Source of the DNA: Bacteroidales bacterium
Lineage (GTDB): Bacteria > Bacteroidota > Bacteroidia > Bacteroidales > UBA12077
Assembly (NCBI GenBank): GCA_027859205.1
Contig: JAQIBH010000018.1
Location: forward strand, 404 to 64,403
Length of the DNA stretch: 64,000 nt
Direction: 5' to 3'
The notes under the pieces were generated by a model. It saw only the letters and a list, made by a program, of their open reading frames with translations. It searched no databases and was not told the origin of the DNA. This document shows positions 20,856 to 29,065 of the stretch, piece by piece. Made by a program: the position numbers and the translations under genes. Position 1 is the stretch's first letter. Each line of letters starts with the position of its first letter.

Positions 20856-22199
20856 TTGGTCCCAATACGCAAATATTTACTTAGAGATATCCATTTAAAA
20901 GAACTATTCAAAGGAAGTTCAATAGCATTTTCCTTTAAGATCTTTTCTGTACTGATTGGCTATGTGTTTTTTTATGTACTTGCAAAAAAGTTTGGTGCTA
21001 TTGGATTGGGGATATTTAATACTTGTTTTACTGTATTAATTTTAACCAGCGTTATTGCAAAATTAGGTTTAGATACAGCTTTAGTAAAGTATATTGCAGA
21101 ATATGTTGTTAAAGATAATAAACAACAAATTGGGAAACTTTATCTGGTGTCTTTGTCCTTTATTTTCATTGTTGGAGCTTTTGTTAGTTTGCTAATATAT
21201 TTTTTCTCAAAGGAACTGAGCATTTTGTTTTTTGAAAATTCTAATCAAGGACATTTATTCCGAATAATAGGGTTTACTATTGTTCCTTTTTCAATTACTC
21301 AATTAAATTCTGAATATTTCAGAGGATTTAAAAAAATAACTGCTTATTCTGTTTTGCAAAATGGCACTGTTTATTTTATTATTTTAGTGTTGATATTTCT
21401 TGCATCGCAATATTATTCTAATATAGATTTTCTTATTTATTCTTTATTTATTACTTCAGTATTTTTAATGCTATTGAGTACATTTTTTGTTTTAAAAAAT
21501 AATTTTACATTTCGATTTAATAATATAACGGATTTAAAAAATCACACAGGAATTAGTAAAAGACAATTAATTTCGGTTTCAATTCCAATGTTATTTTCAA
21601 ATTCACTTTTTTTTGTTATGACTTGGACAGATACCCTTATGTTAAGCGCTTTCCATAGCGAAGATGTTGTAGGTGTTTATAACATAGCATTAAAAATAGC
21701 ATCCTTAAATACAATAGCGTTAATTGCAATAAACAGTATTGCATCACCAAAATTTTCAGAAATATATTCATCAGAGGGAATTCGTAGATTTAAAAGAATT
21801 GTGCAACAAACAACAATAATTAGCTGGTTGGTTTCTGCACCAATTTTCGCTATAATACTGATATACCCAGAAAGTGTTTTAAAAGTTTTTGGACAAGAAT
21901 TCCTCGTTGGCAGAAATGCGCTAATCATACTTTCCATTGGGCAATTAGTTAGTGCTTTTTCGGGTTCAACTATGATTGTTTTAAATATGACAGGAAGAGA
22001 AAAGATTGGGAGAAATATTTTAATAGTAACGGCAATAATTAATATACTAATTAATTTCTTGCTGATTCCCCGTTATGGAATAATTGGAGCAGCTATAGCT
22101 ACAATGGTTTCTACTGTTTTTTGGAATCTTGTTTCGGTATTATTTATTTATAGGTCATTTGGATTTTTAACTTTCCCAACTAAACGAAAAAAAATATGA
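20856..22199 (+). CDS. oligosaccharide flippase (Wzx / polysaccharide biosynthesis protein family)
   Basis: 447-aa polytopic membrane protein with the MOP-flippase layout and a C-terminal IPRYGIIGAAIAT segment. The start codon is uncertain because the ORF opens with TTG. Confidence 0.8.
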   Translation: MVPIRKYLLRDIHLKELFKGSSIAFSFKIFSVLIGYVFFYVLAKKFGAIGLGIFNTCFTVLILTSVIAKLGLDTALVKYIAEYVVKDNKQQIGKLYLVSLSFIFIVGAFVSLLIYFFSKELSILFFENSNQGHLFRIIGFTIVPFSITQLNSEYFRGFKKITAYSVLQNGTVYFIILVLIFLASQYYSNIDFLIYSLFITSVFLMLLSTFFVLKNNFTFRFNNITDLKNHTGISKRQLISVSIPMLFSNSLFFVMTWTDTLMLSAFHSEDVVGVYNIALKIASLNTIALIAINSIASPKFSEIYSSEGIRRFKRIVQQTTIISWLVSAPIFAIILIYPESVLKVFGQEFLVGRNALIILSIGQLVSAFSGSTMIVLNMTGREKIGRNILIVTAIINILINFLLIPRYGIIGAAIATMVSTVFWNLVSVLFIYRSFGFLTFPTKRKKI

Positions 22200-22250
22200 A
22201 ATTTCCATGCAATTGTTTTGAACAAAAAAGAATAAATGAATTTACTAGAA

Positions 22251-22346
22251 TGGTTAAAGTCATGAGTAGCTGAGGTATGGAAGTTCACGAGCAGGTTTGT
22301 GCGGTGGTTTTGAGGGAGTGAGCCTACCTTGCCGGCAGGCAGGGAA
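22251..22346 (+). other. G-rich island of unknown nature (candidate structured RNA or sequence relic)
   Basis: Hand count gives 52 G+C of 96 nt in a ~30% GC background, with strong G over C on the + strand. Possible hairpins at 22286-22306 and 22323-22343. The only long ORF is an antisense 70-aa frame with no recognisable features. Confidence 0.25.
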
Positions 22347-22418
22347 CAAAAAAAGATCATTTACAGGAATGTCCAACTATAATGATAAATAATATCTTAA
22401 TTTGTGAAATTTATATAT

Positions 22419-23366
22419 ATGAAAGCGAAACCCGATTTTTTTATTGTTGGAGCTGCTAAATCCGGAACAACATCTCTTTATAATTATCTGGTACAACACC
22501 CCGAAGTTTATTTTAGTCCTATAAAAGAGCCGAATTATTTTTCTAATGATATTGATGTTTCTAAGTTTTCGTTTTTATATAAACAAAATACTTTTTTGGA
22601 TACAGAAAAGTATTTTTCAAACAAGGTTTTGCAGAATCTTTCTATAACTTTTGTGAGAAATATTAAACATTACGAGAGATTATTTGAGTTAGGAGGGAAA
22701 TTTAAAACAAGAGGTGAGAGTTCGACTTCATATCTATACAGCAAAACAGCTGCCCAAAATATATATGATTATAATCCCCAATCAAAAATAATTGTGGTTC
22801 TTAGAAATCCGATAGAAAGAGCTTTTTCACATTACAAGATGGCTTTGAGATCAGGGCATACAAAACTAAAGTTTAAAGAAGCTGTCGAAAAAGATTTAAT
22901 GGCGAAAGATAAAGCATGGGGAGTTTCAGCACTTTATATTGAATTAGGATTATATTATGATCAATTAATGAGGTATTATTCAATATTTCCGACAGATCAA
23001 ATTAAAGTTTTTTTATTTAAAGATCTTAAAAATTCCACAAATAAAGTTTTAAAAGAATGCTTTGAATTTCTGGAAGTAAATAATATAAATATCGAAGATA
23101 AAACGATTTACAATTTTGCCAAATCGCCACAAAATTTATGGCTTAACTATTTTTTTACTCGAATGGGATTGAAAAACTTCTTGAAAAGAATAGCCCCAGA
23201 GTCAATAATTAACATTATTAAAAAATCTTTTTTAAGACCGGATAGAAATATACTTAGCGAAAATGATTTTAAATTTCTTTTGAATATTTATGAGGAAGAT
23301 ATAAAAAAAACAGCCAGTTTATTAAATCAGGATTTAAGCAACTGGCGGAATTATAAAGATGTTTGA
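22419..23366 (+). CDS. sulfotransferase-domain protein
   Basis: PAPS 5'-phosphosulfate-binding loop FFIVGAAKSGTTSL and a later RNPIERAFSHY motif. The ORF opens at GTG 22404; ATG 22419 is preferred. Confidence 0.8.
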   Translation: MKAKPDFFIVGAAKSGTTSLYNYLVQHPEVYFSPIKEPNYFSNDIDVSKFSFLYKQNTFLDTEKYFSNKVLQNLSITFVRNIKHYERLFELGGKFKTRGESSTSYLYSKTAAQNIYDYNPQSKIIVVLRNPIERAFSHYKMALRSGHTKLKFKEAVEKDLMAKDKAWGVSALYIELGLYYDQLMRYYSIFPTDQIKVFLFKDLKNSTNKVLKECFEFLEVNNINIEDKTIYNFAKSPQNLWLNYFFTRMGLKNFLKRIAPESIINIIKKSFLRPDRNILSENDFKFLLNIYEEDIKKTASLLNQDLSNWRNYKDV

Positions 23367-23373
23367 TATGAAA

Positions 23374-24711
23374 TTATTTAAATTTCTTAAGAATCGTTTT
23401 AATATCTTTTAATTTTTCTTTTAATATTTCTTCATTATCGGCCTCGACTAATAATCGTAAATATGGCTCAGTATTTGAAGGCCGAACGTTAAACCACCAT
23501 TCCTTAAATTCAAAGCGATAACCATCAAAATCGAGAATTTCCATGGGCTCTTCTTCTGCAACAAAATAATCTTTTAATGCCTCCATTGCTTCTTGTTTTT
23601 CTTCAATTTTAAAATTTATTTCACCGGAATTAGCATATTTACTAATATTTGAAATAATTTCCGACATTGATTTTCCTTCTTTTTTGAATCGAGAAAGAAG
23701 ATTTAAAACAATTAATGATGCTAAAATTCCCGAATCGGAATAAAAGAATTCACGGAAGTAATAATGACCAGCTAATTCACCACCATAAATCCCGTTTATT
23801 TCTTTCAATTTTGGCGAAGCGTACGCTCTCCCAACACGCCAGGTGTGCATTTTGCCACCAAGCTTTTCAACATATTTTTTTACTGCTTTTGATGTGCGAA
23901 TATCTTCCAAAACATTGCCTTTCTCATTTTCTAAAAAATAATGTGCCATAAATCCAATGATAAGATCTGGAGAAATAAACTTGCCTTTTTCATCAACAAA
24001 CATTACACGGTCAGCGTCACCATCAAAGATAATTCCAATATCGCAAGAGTTTTCAAGAACAGCTTTCTTTAAATCAGCAACGTTTTCTTCAACTAAAGGA
24101 TTCGGTTCGTGATTTGGGAATGTACCATCAAGATCATCGTATAAATAAATAGGGCTTTTTGCTAAAAGCTTTTTAATTAAAAAGCCAGCCATACCGTTTG
24201 AGCAGTCTACGGCCATTTTTAAATTGGAGTAATCCTGCACATATGATTTTAGGAATTCAACATATTCGCTTTTTACTTTATAATCTACAATTGTCCCTTT
24301 TTTGTCCGCAATAACTATATCTTGCGTTTTGATCATTTCTAAAAGCTTGTTTAAACCAGTGTCGAAACCAACTGGCATAGCACCCGTTTTGGAAATTTTC
24401 ATTCCGTTGTACTCACGAGAATTGTGTGATGCTGTTATTTGAACAGATGCATCAAATTTATGTTTAGCCGTAATATAATATACCATTGGTGTAGTTGAAA
24501 TGCCAATGTTATAAACGTTTGCGCCACTGTCAATTATTCCTTGAGCAAGATATTGAAATATTTCATCTGATGAAATACGCACATCTCTGCCAACTAAAAC
24601 ATTGTCGGCTTGTAAAAGTTCAGGTAGAAAAAATCCAATTTTATACGCATCATCTTTGTTAAAATCTTCGTTGTAAATACCTCTAATGTCGTATGCCTTA
24701 AAAGCTTTCAT
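23374..24711 (-). CDS. phosphomannomutase / phosphoglucomutase (alpha-D-phosphohexomutase family)
   Basis: Active-site loop ITASHNSREYNGMK, metal-binding FDGDADR, and sugar-binding GGELAGH. Confidence 0.9.
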   Translation of the reverse strand: MKAFKAYDIRGIYNEDFNKDDAYKIGFFLPELLQADNVLVGRDVRISSDEIFQYLAQGIIDSGANVYNIGISTTPMVYYITAKHKFDASVQITASHNSREYNGMKISKTGAMPVGFDTGLNKLLEMIKTQDIVIADKKGTIVDYKVKSEYVEFLKSYVQDYSNLKMAVDCSNGMAGFLIKKLLAKSPIYLYDDLDGTFPNHEPNPLVEENVADLKKAVLENSCDIGIIFDGDADRVMFVDEKGKFISPDLIIGFMAHYFLENEKGNVLEDIRTSKAVKKYVEKLGGKMHTWRVGRAYASPKLKEINGIYGGELAGHYYFREFFYSDSGILASLIVLNLLSRFKKEGKSMSEIISNISKYANSGEINFKIEEKQEAMEALKDYFVAEEEPMEILDFDGYRFEFKEWWFNVRPSNTEPYLRLLVEADNEEILKEKLKDIKTILKKFK

Positions 24712-24735
24712 ATTAAAAAATAATTTAATGTAGAT

Positions 24736-24868
24736 AAAAAAAAGGCTGTCCAGAAAGCAATAATCCTATTATATTTCGACAAGCTCAATATGACAAATTG
24801 CTGAAATACAGAATGTCACACTGAGCTTGTCGAAGTGTTTTAACGAGTTTTGTTACTTTTTGGACAGC
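24736..24868 (-). terminator. composite terminator containing a nested REP-like element
   Basis: Outer stem GCTGTCCAGAAAG (24745-24757) / CTTTTTGGACAGC (24856-24868). Inner stem TTCGACAAGCTCA... (24775-24794) / ...TGAGCTTGTCGAA (24815-24834). On the minus strand the outer stem is followed by T8 (plus-strand A8 at 24736-24743). It lies downstream of the PGK-like gene. Confidence 0.55.
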
Positions 24869-24907
24869 ATTTTGTAATATTATATAATACAAAAGTGCAA
24901 TTTTTTT

Positions 24908-26194
24908 TTATTTTGTTAAAGCTTTAACGGGTTCAATTCCTAAGGTAGTTCCTTCTTGTATTGCTTTTAAAACAGCTCCTCCTCCGGTAAATATGTAATA
25001 CTTAGGACTATCTAGGGCAACAATGTATAATCCTGGCAATAATCTTTTTAATTCTTGCATAGTGTCACCACCTCCATAAAGTTTTACGGCTTCGATATTT
25101 TCGTCAATTAATTCGTCAAGAGCAATTGTGCCTTCATTAAAATGAGGTGTAAAACCCATAACAGCATTAACAAAAACTGTTCGAGCTGTTGAGAATATCT
25201 TATGGATTTTGTCTTCGTAAAAAGATTCTCTTGCAACATCTAGCACATAATTTAGTTTTGTTCCGGGCTTTAATTCATGAATATTATGTACTCGGTTTTT
25301 ACCTTTAAATTTCCCGTCGAGAGTATCCGACTCAATAATAAAAGGAAGCTCAATCAATTTTCCTGGGAACTGTTCGCTAAACTCAACAAATTTTTTAGCA
25401 TGAACAACATTTTCATCCGAAATGCCTTTTATTTCAATGCCATATTTTGCATATAAATAAGCATTATATATAACTCCTCCTAACACAAGATAATCGGCTT
25501 TTTTAATTAAGGCATAAAGAGATTCAATCTTTGTGTCAAATTTTGATCCTGCTACAACGGCAATAAACGGAGATTGGGGAGTATAAATTCTTTCAAGGTT
25601 TTCAATTTCTTTTTGCATTAAAAAACCAGCATACGAAGGCAAATACTTGTTAACACCAACCGTAGAAGCATGAGCCTGCCACGACCCAAAAGCATCATTT
25701 ACATATATATCGGCTAAGCCTGCTAGCTGATTTGCAAAACGATCCATGTCAGAACCTTTGGCTTCTTCGCCCTCAAACCATCTGGTATTTGGCAAATAAA
25801 TCCCATCTATTTTTCCTTCTTTCAATTCTCGGATTAAGTGATTTATGGATGTTTCTATTCCAATATAACCTTTTCCTTCATGAGGATAAAACTCAGGGAT
25901 TTTCATGTTGATATGTAACTTGTTTCTTAGATACTCAACAATTGGTTCAACCGAAGTATCTTTACTAATTTTGATATCTCCGGTTTTTTTATCTTTTGGG
26001 CGACCAACATGTGACATCAGAATAATTTTTCCACCTTTTGCATTAATGTGATATAAGGTTCCTATGGTTGCATCAATTCTGTATGGATCATGAATAATCC
26101 CTTTTTTTACTACATTATGATCTACACGTACTAAAACTACTTTGCCGTTTAGGTCAGCATCCTGTATTGACGGAATATTATATTTATTGAGCAT
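24908..26194 (-). CDS. divergent phosphoglycerate-kinase-family protein
   Basis: Keeps RVDHNV, HVGRPK, AGSKFDTKI, GGGDT and TGGGA blocks that are collinear with [15 protein letters not shown] becomes DAFGSWQAHAS, and WNGPxGVFE is not conserved. Confidence 0.8.
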   Translation of the reverse strand: MLNKYNIPSIQDADLNGKVVLVRVDHNVVKKGIIHDPYRIDATIGTLYHINAKGGKIILMSHVGRPKDKKTGDIKISKDTSVEPIVEYLRNKLHINMKIPEFYPHEGKGYIGIETSINHLIRELKEGKIDGIYLPNTRWFEGEEAKGSDMDRFANQLAGLADIYVNDAFGSWQAHASTVGVNKYLPSYAGFLMQKEIENLERIYTPQSPFIAVVAGSKFDTKIESLYALIKKADYLVLGGVIYNAYLYAKYGIEIKGISDENVVHAKKFVEFSEQFPGKLIELPFIIESDTLDGKFKGKNRVHNIHELKPGTKLNYVLDVARESFYEDKIHKIFSTARTVFVNAVMGFTPHFNEGTIALDELIDENIEAVKLYGGGDTMQELKRLLPGLYIVALDSPKYYIFTGGGAVLKAIQEGTTLGIEPVKALTK

Positions 26195-26198
26195 ATTA

Positions 26199-26205
26199 AC
26201 CTCCT
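26199..26205 (-). promoter_or_regulatory. canonical Shine-Dalgarno AGGAGGT 4 nt upstream of the PGK-like ATG
   Basis: The minus strand reads CTATAATAGGAGGTTAATATG. I saw no comparable SD at the other start codons I inspected in this window. Confidence 0.5.
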
Positions 26206-26332
26206 ATTATAGATTATGAAATTTGTTGTTTAAAAGGAAACACAATTTAATGCAAAATTGTTTTTATAGCAATAAAAATTATAAAAAGGATGATTCTGAA
26301 AGAGAGTTTTGGTAATTTAATTTTTAGGTTAT

Positions 26333-26451
26333 TTATATATCTTCCCTAATAGCTTTTATGCAGGCAATTCTTTGCCTTCGGTATATTCAAGTAATGCTCC
26401 ACCAGTTGAAGAGATATAGCTAATTTTATATGCAAGGTTATATTTATTCAC
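26333..26451 (-). pseudogene. relic of a PGK C-terminus (about 40 codons, premature stop and frameshift)
   Basis: The minus strand translates to [31 protein letters not shown], then with a 1-nt shift IKAIREDI*. Compare the end of the adjacent fusion gene, [39 protein letters not shown]. Confidence 0.6.
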
Positions 26452-26500
26452 AGTCTGCTCGCGCGGATTTGCTATCCGGGTGTTTAAAAATCCATAAATT

Positions 26501-28885
26501 TTAAATATCTTCTCTAATTGCCTTTAAACCGGGGAGTTCTTTTCCTTCAATATATTCTAATAGTGCACCACCAGCAGTAGAAATATAACTCATTTTATAA
26601 GCTAAACTAAATTTGTTTACTGCAGCAATAGAGTCGCCACCGCCAATTAAAGAATAGGCTCCTTTATCTGTTGCACGGGCAACAGCCATTGCAACTTTTA
26701 AAGTTCCCATTGAGAAATTCGACATTTCAAAAACACCAATTGGACCGTTCCAAAGTATTGTAGATGAGTTTTCAATTACTTCAGTAAATTGGTTGGCAGA
26801 TTTTATTCCAATATCTAATCCCATCCATCCATCTTTAATTTGATTAATTTGGCAATGCTTAATATTTGCTTTATCATTAAATTCATCTGCAATAATACAA
26901 TCTGTTGGGAAATACAGGCTTACACCATTTTTTTTAGCTTTAGTAATAATATTTTTAGCAACTTCAATATAATCATCTTCAACTAAAGAGTCCCCAATTT
27001 TACCTCCCATAGCTTTAGCAAATGTAAATGCAATTCCTCCGGCTATAATTAGATTATCAACTTTCTCTATGAGCGCGTTAATAATATGAATTTTAGTTGA
27101 AACTTTCGAACCTCCAAGTATTGCCGTAAAAGGTGCTTTTGCTTGTTTAATTATTTTGTTAATGTTGTTTACCTCGTTTTCGACTAAGTAGCCAAACATT
27201 TTATCTTCGGGGAAGAATTTAGTTATAGTATATGTAGAAGCATGTGCTCTGTGGGCTGTTCCAAATGCATTAAAAACATAAGTGTCGCCAAGTTCGGCTA
27301 ATTGTTTAGCGAAATTTTCATCGGCATTAGTTTCTTCTTTATGGAATCTTAGGTTTTCAAGCAAAAGACATTCTCCGGGCTTAAGTACCGTAGAAGCTAT
27401 AATAGCTTCTTCACCAATACAGTTACTTGCAAATTTTACTTTTTTATCAAGTGCTTTCGATAAATATGGCAATATATGTTTTAATGAAAGGTCATCGTTA
27501 ATTTTTCCTTTTGGTCTGCCTAAATGAGTTAAAAATATTACAGATCCACCTTCAGCTAAAATTTTTCGTACAGTTGGCAAGGCTGTAATTATTCTTGTAT
27601 CATCGGTAATTTCTTTGTTTTCGTTTAAAGGAACATTAAAATCAACACGCATTAGGACTTTTTTACCTTCAAAGTTATACTTGTCTATGGTTAAATTTTG
27701 TTTAATAGCTTTTATACTTGGTAGTTCTTTACCTTCAAGATATTCAAGAAGCGCACCTCCAGCTGTTGATATAAAACTTATTTTATGCGCTAAACTATAT
27801 TTGTTCACTGCAGCAATAGAATCGCCACCGCCAATTAATGAAAATGCACCTTTATCTGTAGCTCGGGCAACTGACATTGCAATTTTTAAAGTTCCCATAG
27901 AAAAACTTGGCATCTCAAAAACTCCTACTGGCCCATTCCAAAGAATTTTCTTAGAATTTTCTAATACTTCGGCAAATTTGTTTGCTGACTTAATTCCTAC
28001 GTCAAGCCCTATCCAACCATCTGGAATCTTTTTTATATTGCAATGATCTATTTTAGCATCATTTTTAAATTCATTAGCAATAATACAGTCAGTTGGCAAG
28101 TATAATTTAACATTATTCTCTTCTGCTTTTTTGATGATATGTCTTGCAAAATCTAAAAAATCGTCTTCAACCAAAGAATTTCCAATTTTACCGCCCATTG
28201 CTTTCGAAAAAGTAAATGCAATTCCTCCTGCGATAATAAGATTATCCACTTTTTCAATTAATGCTTCAATAATATGAATCTTTGAAGATACTTTTGAACC
28301 ACCGAGAACTGCAGTGAAAGGATGCAGTGGCTGATGTAAAATTTTATCGATATTTTTAATTTCGCTTTCAACCAAATAGCCAAACAAACTATCCTTTGGG
28401 AAATGTTTAGCAATAGTATAAGTTGAAGCATGTGCTCTATGTGCCGTGCCAAACGCATTATTAACATATGTATCACCAAGATTGGCTAATTTTTCGGCAA
28501 ATTCATCATCGGCATCAGTTTCTTCTATATGAAATCGCAGATTTTCAAGGAGTAATATTTCACCTGGATTTAAGTTTTTTGCTTCTCTTTCAGCTTCTTT
28601 GCCAATACAATCAGACACAAATTTAACTTTGCGATCTAAAACTTTTGTTAAATGTGGAAGTAAAATCTTGAGCGACATTTTTTCGTTAAACTTCCCTTTT
28701 GGTCTTCCAAGGTGTGTAAGTAAAATTATTGATCCTCCCTCTGCAAGAATTTTCTGAATTGTTGGAATGGCTGTAATTATTCTTGTATCATCAGTAATTT
28801 CCAGATTCTCATTCAATGGAACATTAAAGTCTACTCGTACTAATACTTTTTTTCCGGTAAAATTATAGTTGTCAATAGAATACAT
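26501..28885 (-). CDS. pgk: tandem phosphoglycerate kinase-phosphoglycerate kinase fusion protein
   Basis: 794 aa made of two complete PGK units (aa 1-397 at 27695-28885; aa 398-794 at 26504-27694). Each unit carries [39 protein letters not shown], WNGPxGVFEM, GGGDS and [10 protein letters not shown]. The junction reads ...KAIKQN|LTIDKYNF... Confidence 0.85.
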   Translation of the reverse strand: MYSIDNYNFTGKKVLVRVDFNVPLNENLEITDDTRIITAIPTIQKILAEGGSIILLTHLGRPKGKFNEKMSLKILLPHLTKVLDRKVKFVSDCIGKEAEREAKNLNPGEILLLENLRFHIEETDADDEFAEKLANLGDTYVNNAFGTAHRAHASTYTIAKHFPKDSLFGYLVESEIKNIDKILHQPLHPFTAVLGGSKVSSKIHIIEALIEKVDNLIIAGGIAFTFSKAMGGKIGNSLVEDDFLDFARHIIKKAEENNVKLYLPTDCIIANEFKNDAKIDHCNIKKIPDGWIGLDVGIKSANKFAEVLENSKKILWNGPVGVFEMPSFSMGTLKIAMSVARATDKGAFSLIGGGDSIAAVNKYSLAHKISFISTAGGALLEYLEGKELPSIKAIKQNLTIDKYNFEGKKVLMRVDFNVPLNENKEITDDTRIITALPTVRKILAEGGSVIFLTHLGRPKGKINDDLSLKHILPYLSKALDKKVKFASNCIGEEAIIASTVLKPGECLLLENLRFHKEETNADENFAKQLAELGDTYVFNAFGTAHRAHASTYTITKFFPEDKMFGYLVENEVNNINKIIKQAKAPFTAILGGSKVSTKIHIINALIEKVDNLIIAGGIAFTFAKAMGGKIGDSLVEDDYIEVAKNIITKAKKNGVSLYFPTDCIIADEFNDKANIKHCQINQIKDGWMGLDIGIKSANQFTEVIENSSTILWNGPIGVFEMSNFSMGTLKVAMAVARATDKGAYSLIGGGDSIAAVNKFSLAYKMSYISTAGGALLEYIEGKELPGLKAIREDI

Positions 28886-29065
28886 GATTGGAGCTTTTAT
28901 GATGATGTGTTAAAGATAGAAATATTTTTATTTATAGATAACAGAATATATTTACAATATCATTTTTGAATATTTTGATTTGGGTTTTAATTGTTATTTG
29001 TATTTTGATTATTGTTATTTTTGCATCTTAATGTATTCTACCAAATAGATATTTATTTTAGACAT

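Noticed and set aside
22251-22346. Assignment of the GC-rich island to a known riboswitch or RNA: fluoride/crcB, yybP-ykoY (Mn), ZTP, or SRP RNA.
   Set aside because: There are only short chance resemblances (GAGTAGC, GCCTAC, GGAAG). The required P1 pairing and pseudoknot partners are absent, and the downstream gene (a sulfotransferase) does not fit those regulons.
22148-22360. 70-aa minus-strand ORF covering the GC-rich island.
   Set aside because: It overlaps the 3' end of the flippase gene, has no recognisable motif or signal, and most of its length comes from the composition anomaly. The island is reported as an unexplained non-coding feature instead.
27680-27700. PGK-PGK fusion as a simple sequencing frameshift joining two adjacent genes.
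   Set aside because: Not fully excluded, because an A-run is present and a TAA lies one frame off. However, the second unit has no ATG, GTG or TTG near its N-terminus and homology runs seamlessly across the junction. A genuine fusion is therefore the better reading, and read-level verification is requested in the finding.
29012-29065. N-terminal extensions offered by the ORF track for holB (29012), gldH (31356), porX (37563), the TonB receptor (3872), ald (39681) and the sulfotransferase (22404).
   Set aside because: The extensions begin at non-ATG codons or add residues that do not match the usual N-termini of these families. For gldH the extension would bury the lipoprotein signal peptide. 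Internal ATGs giving family-typical N-termini were chosen.
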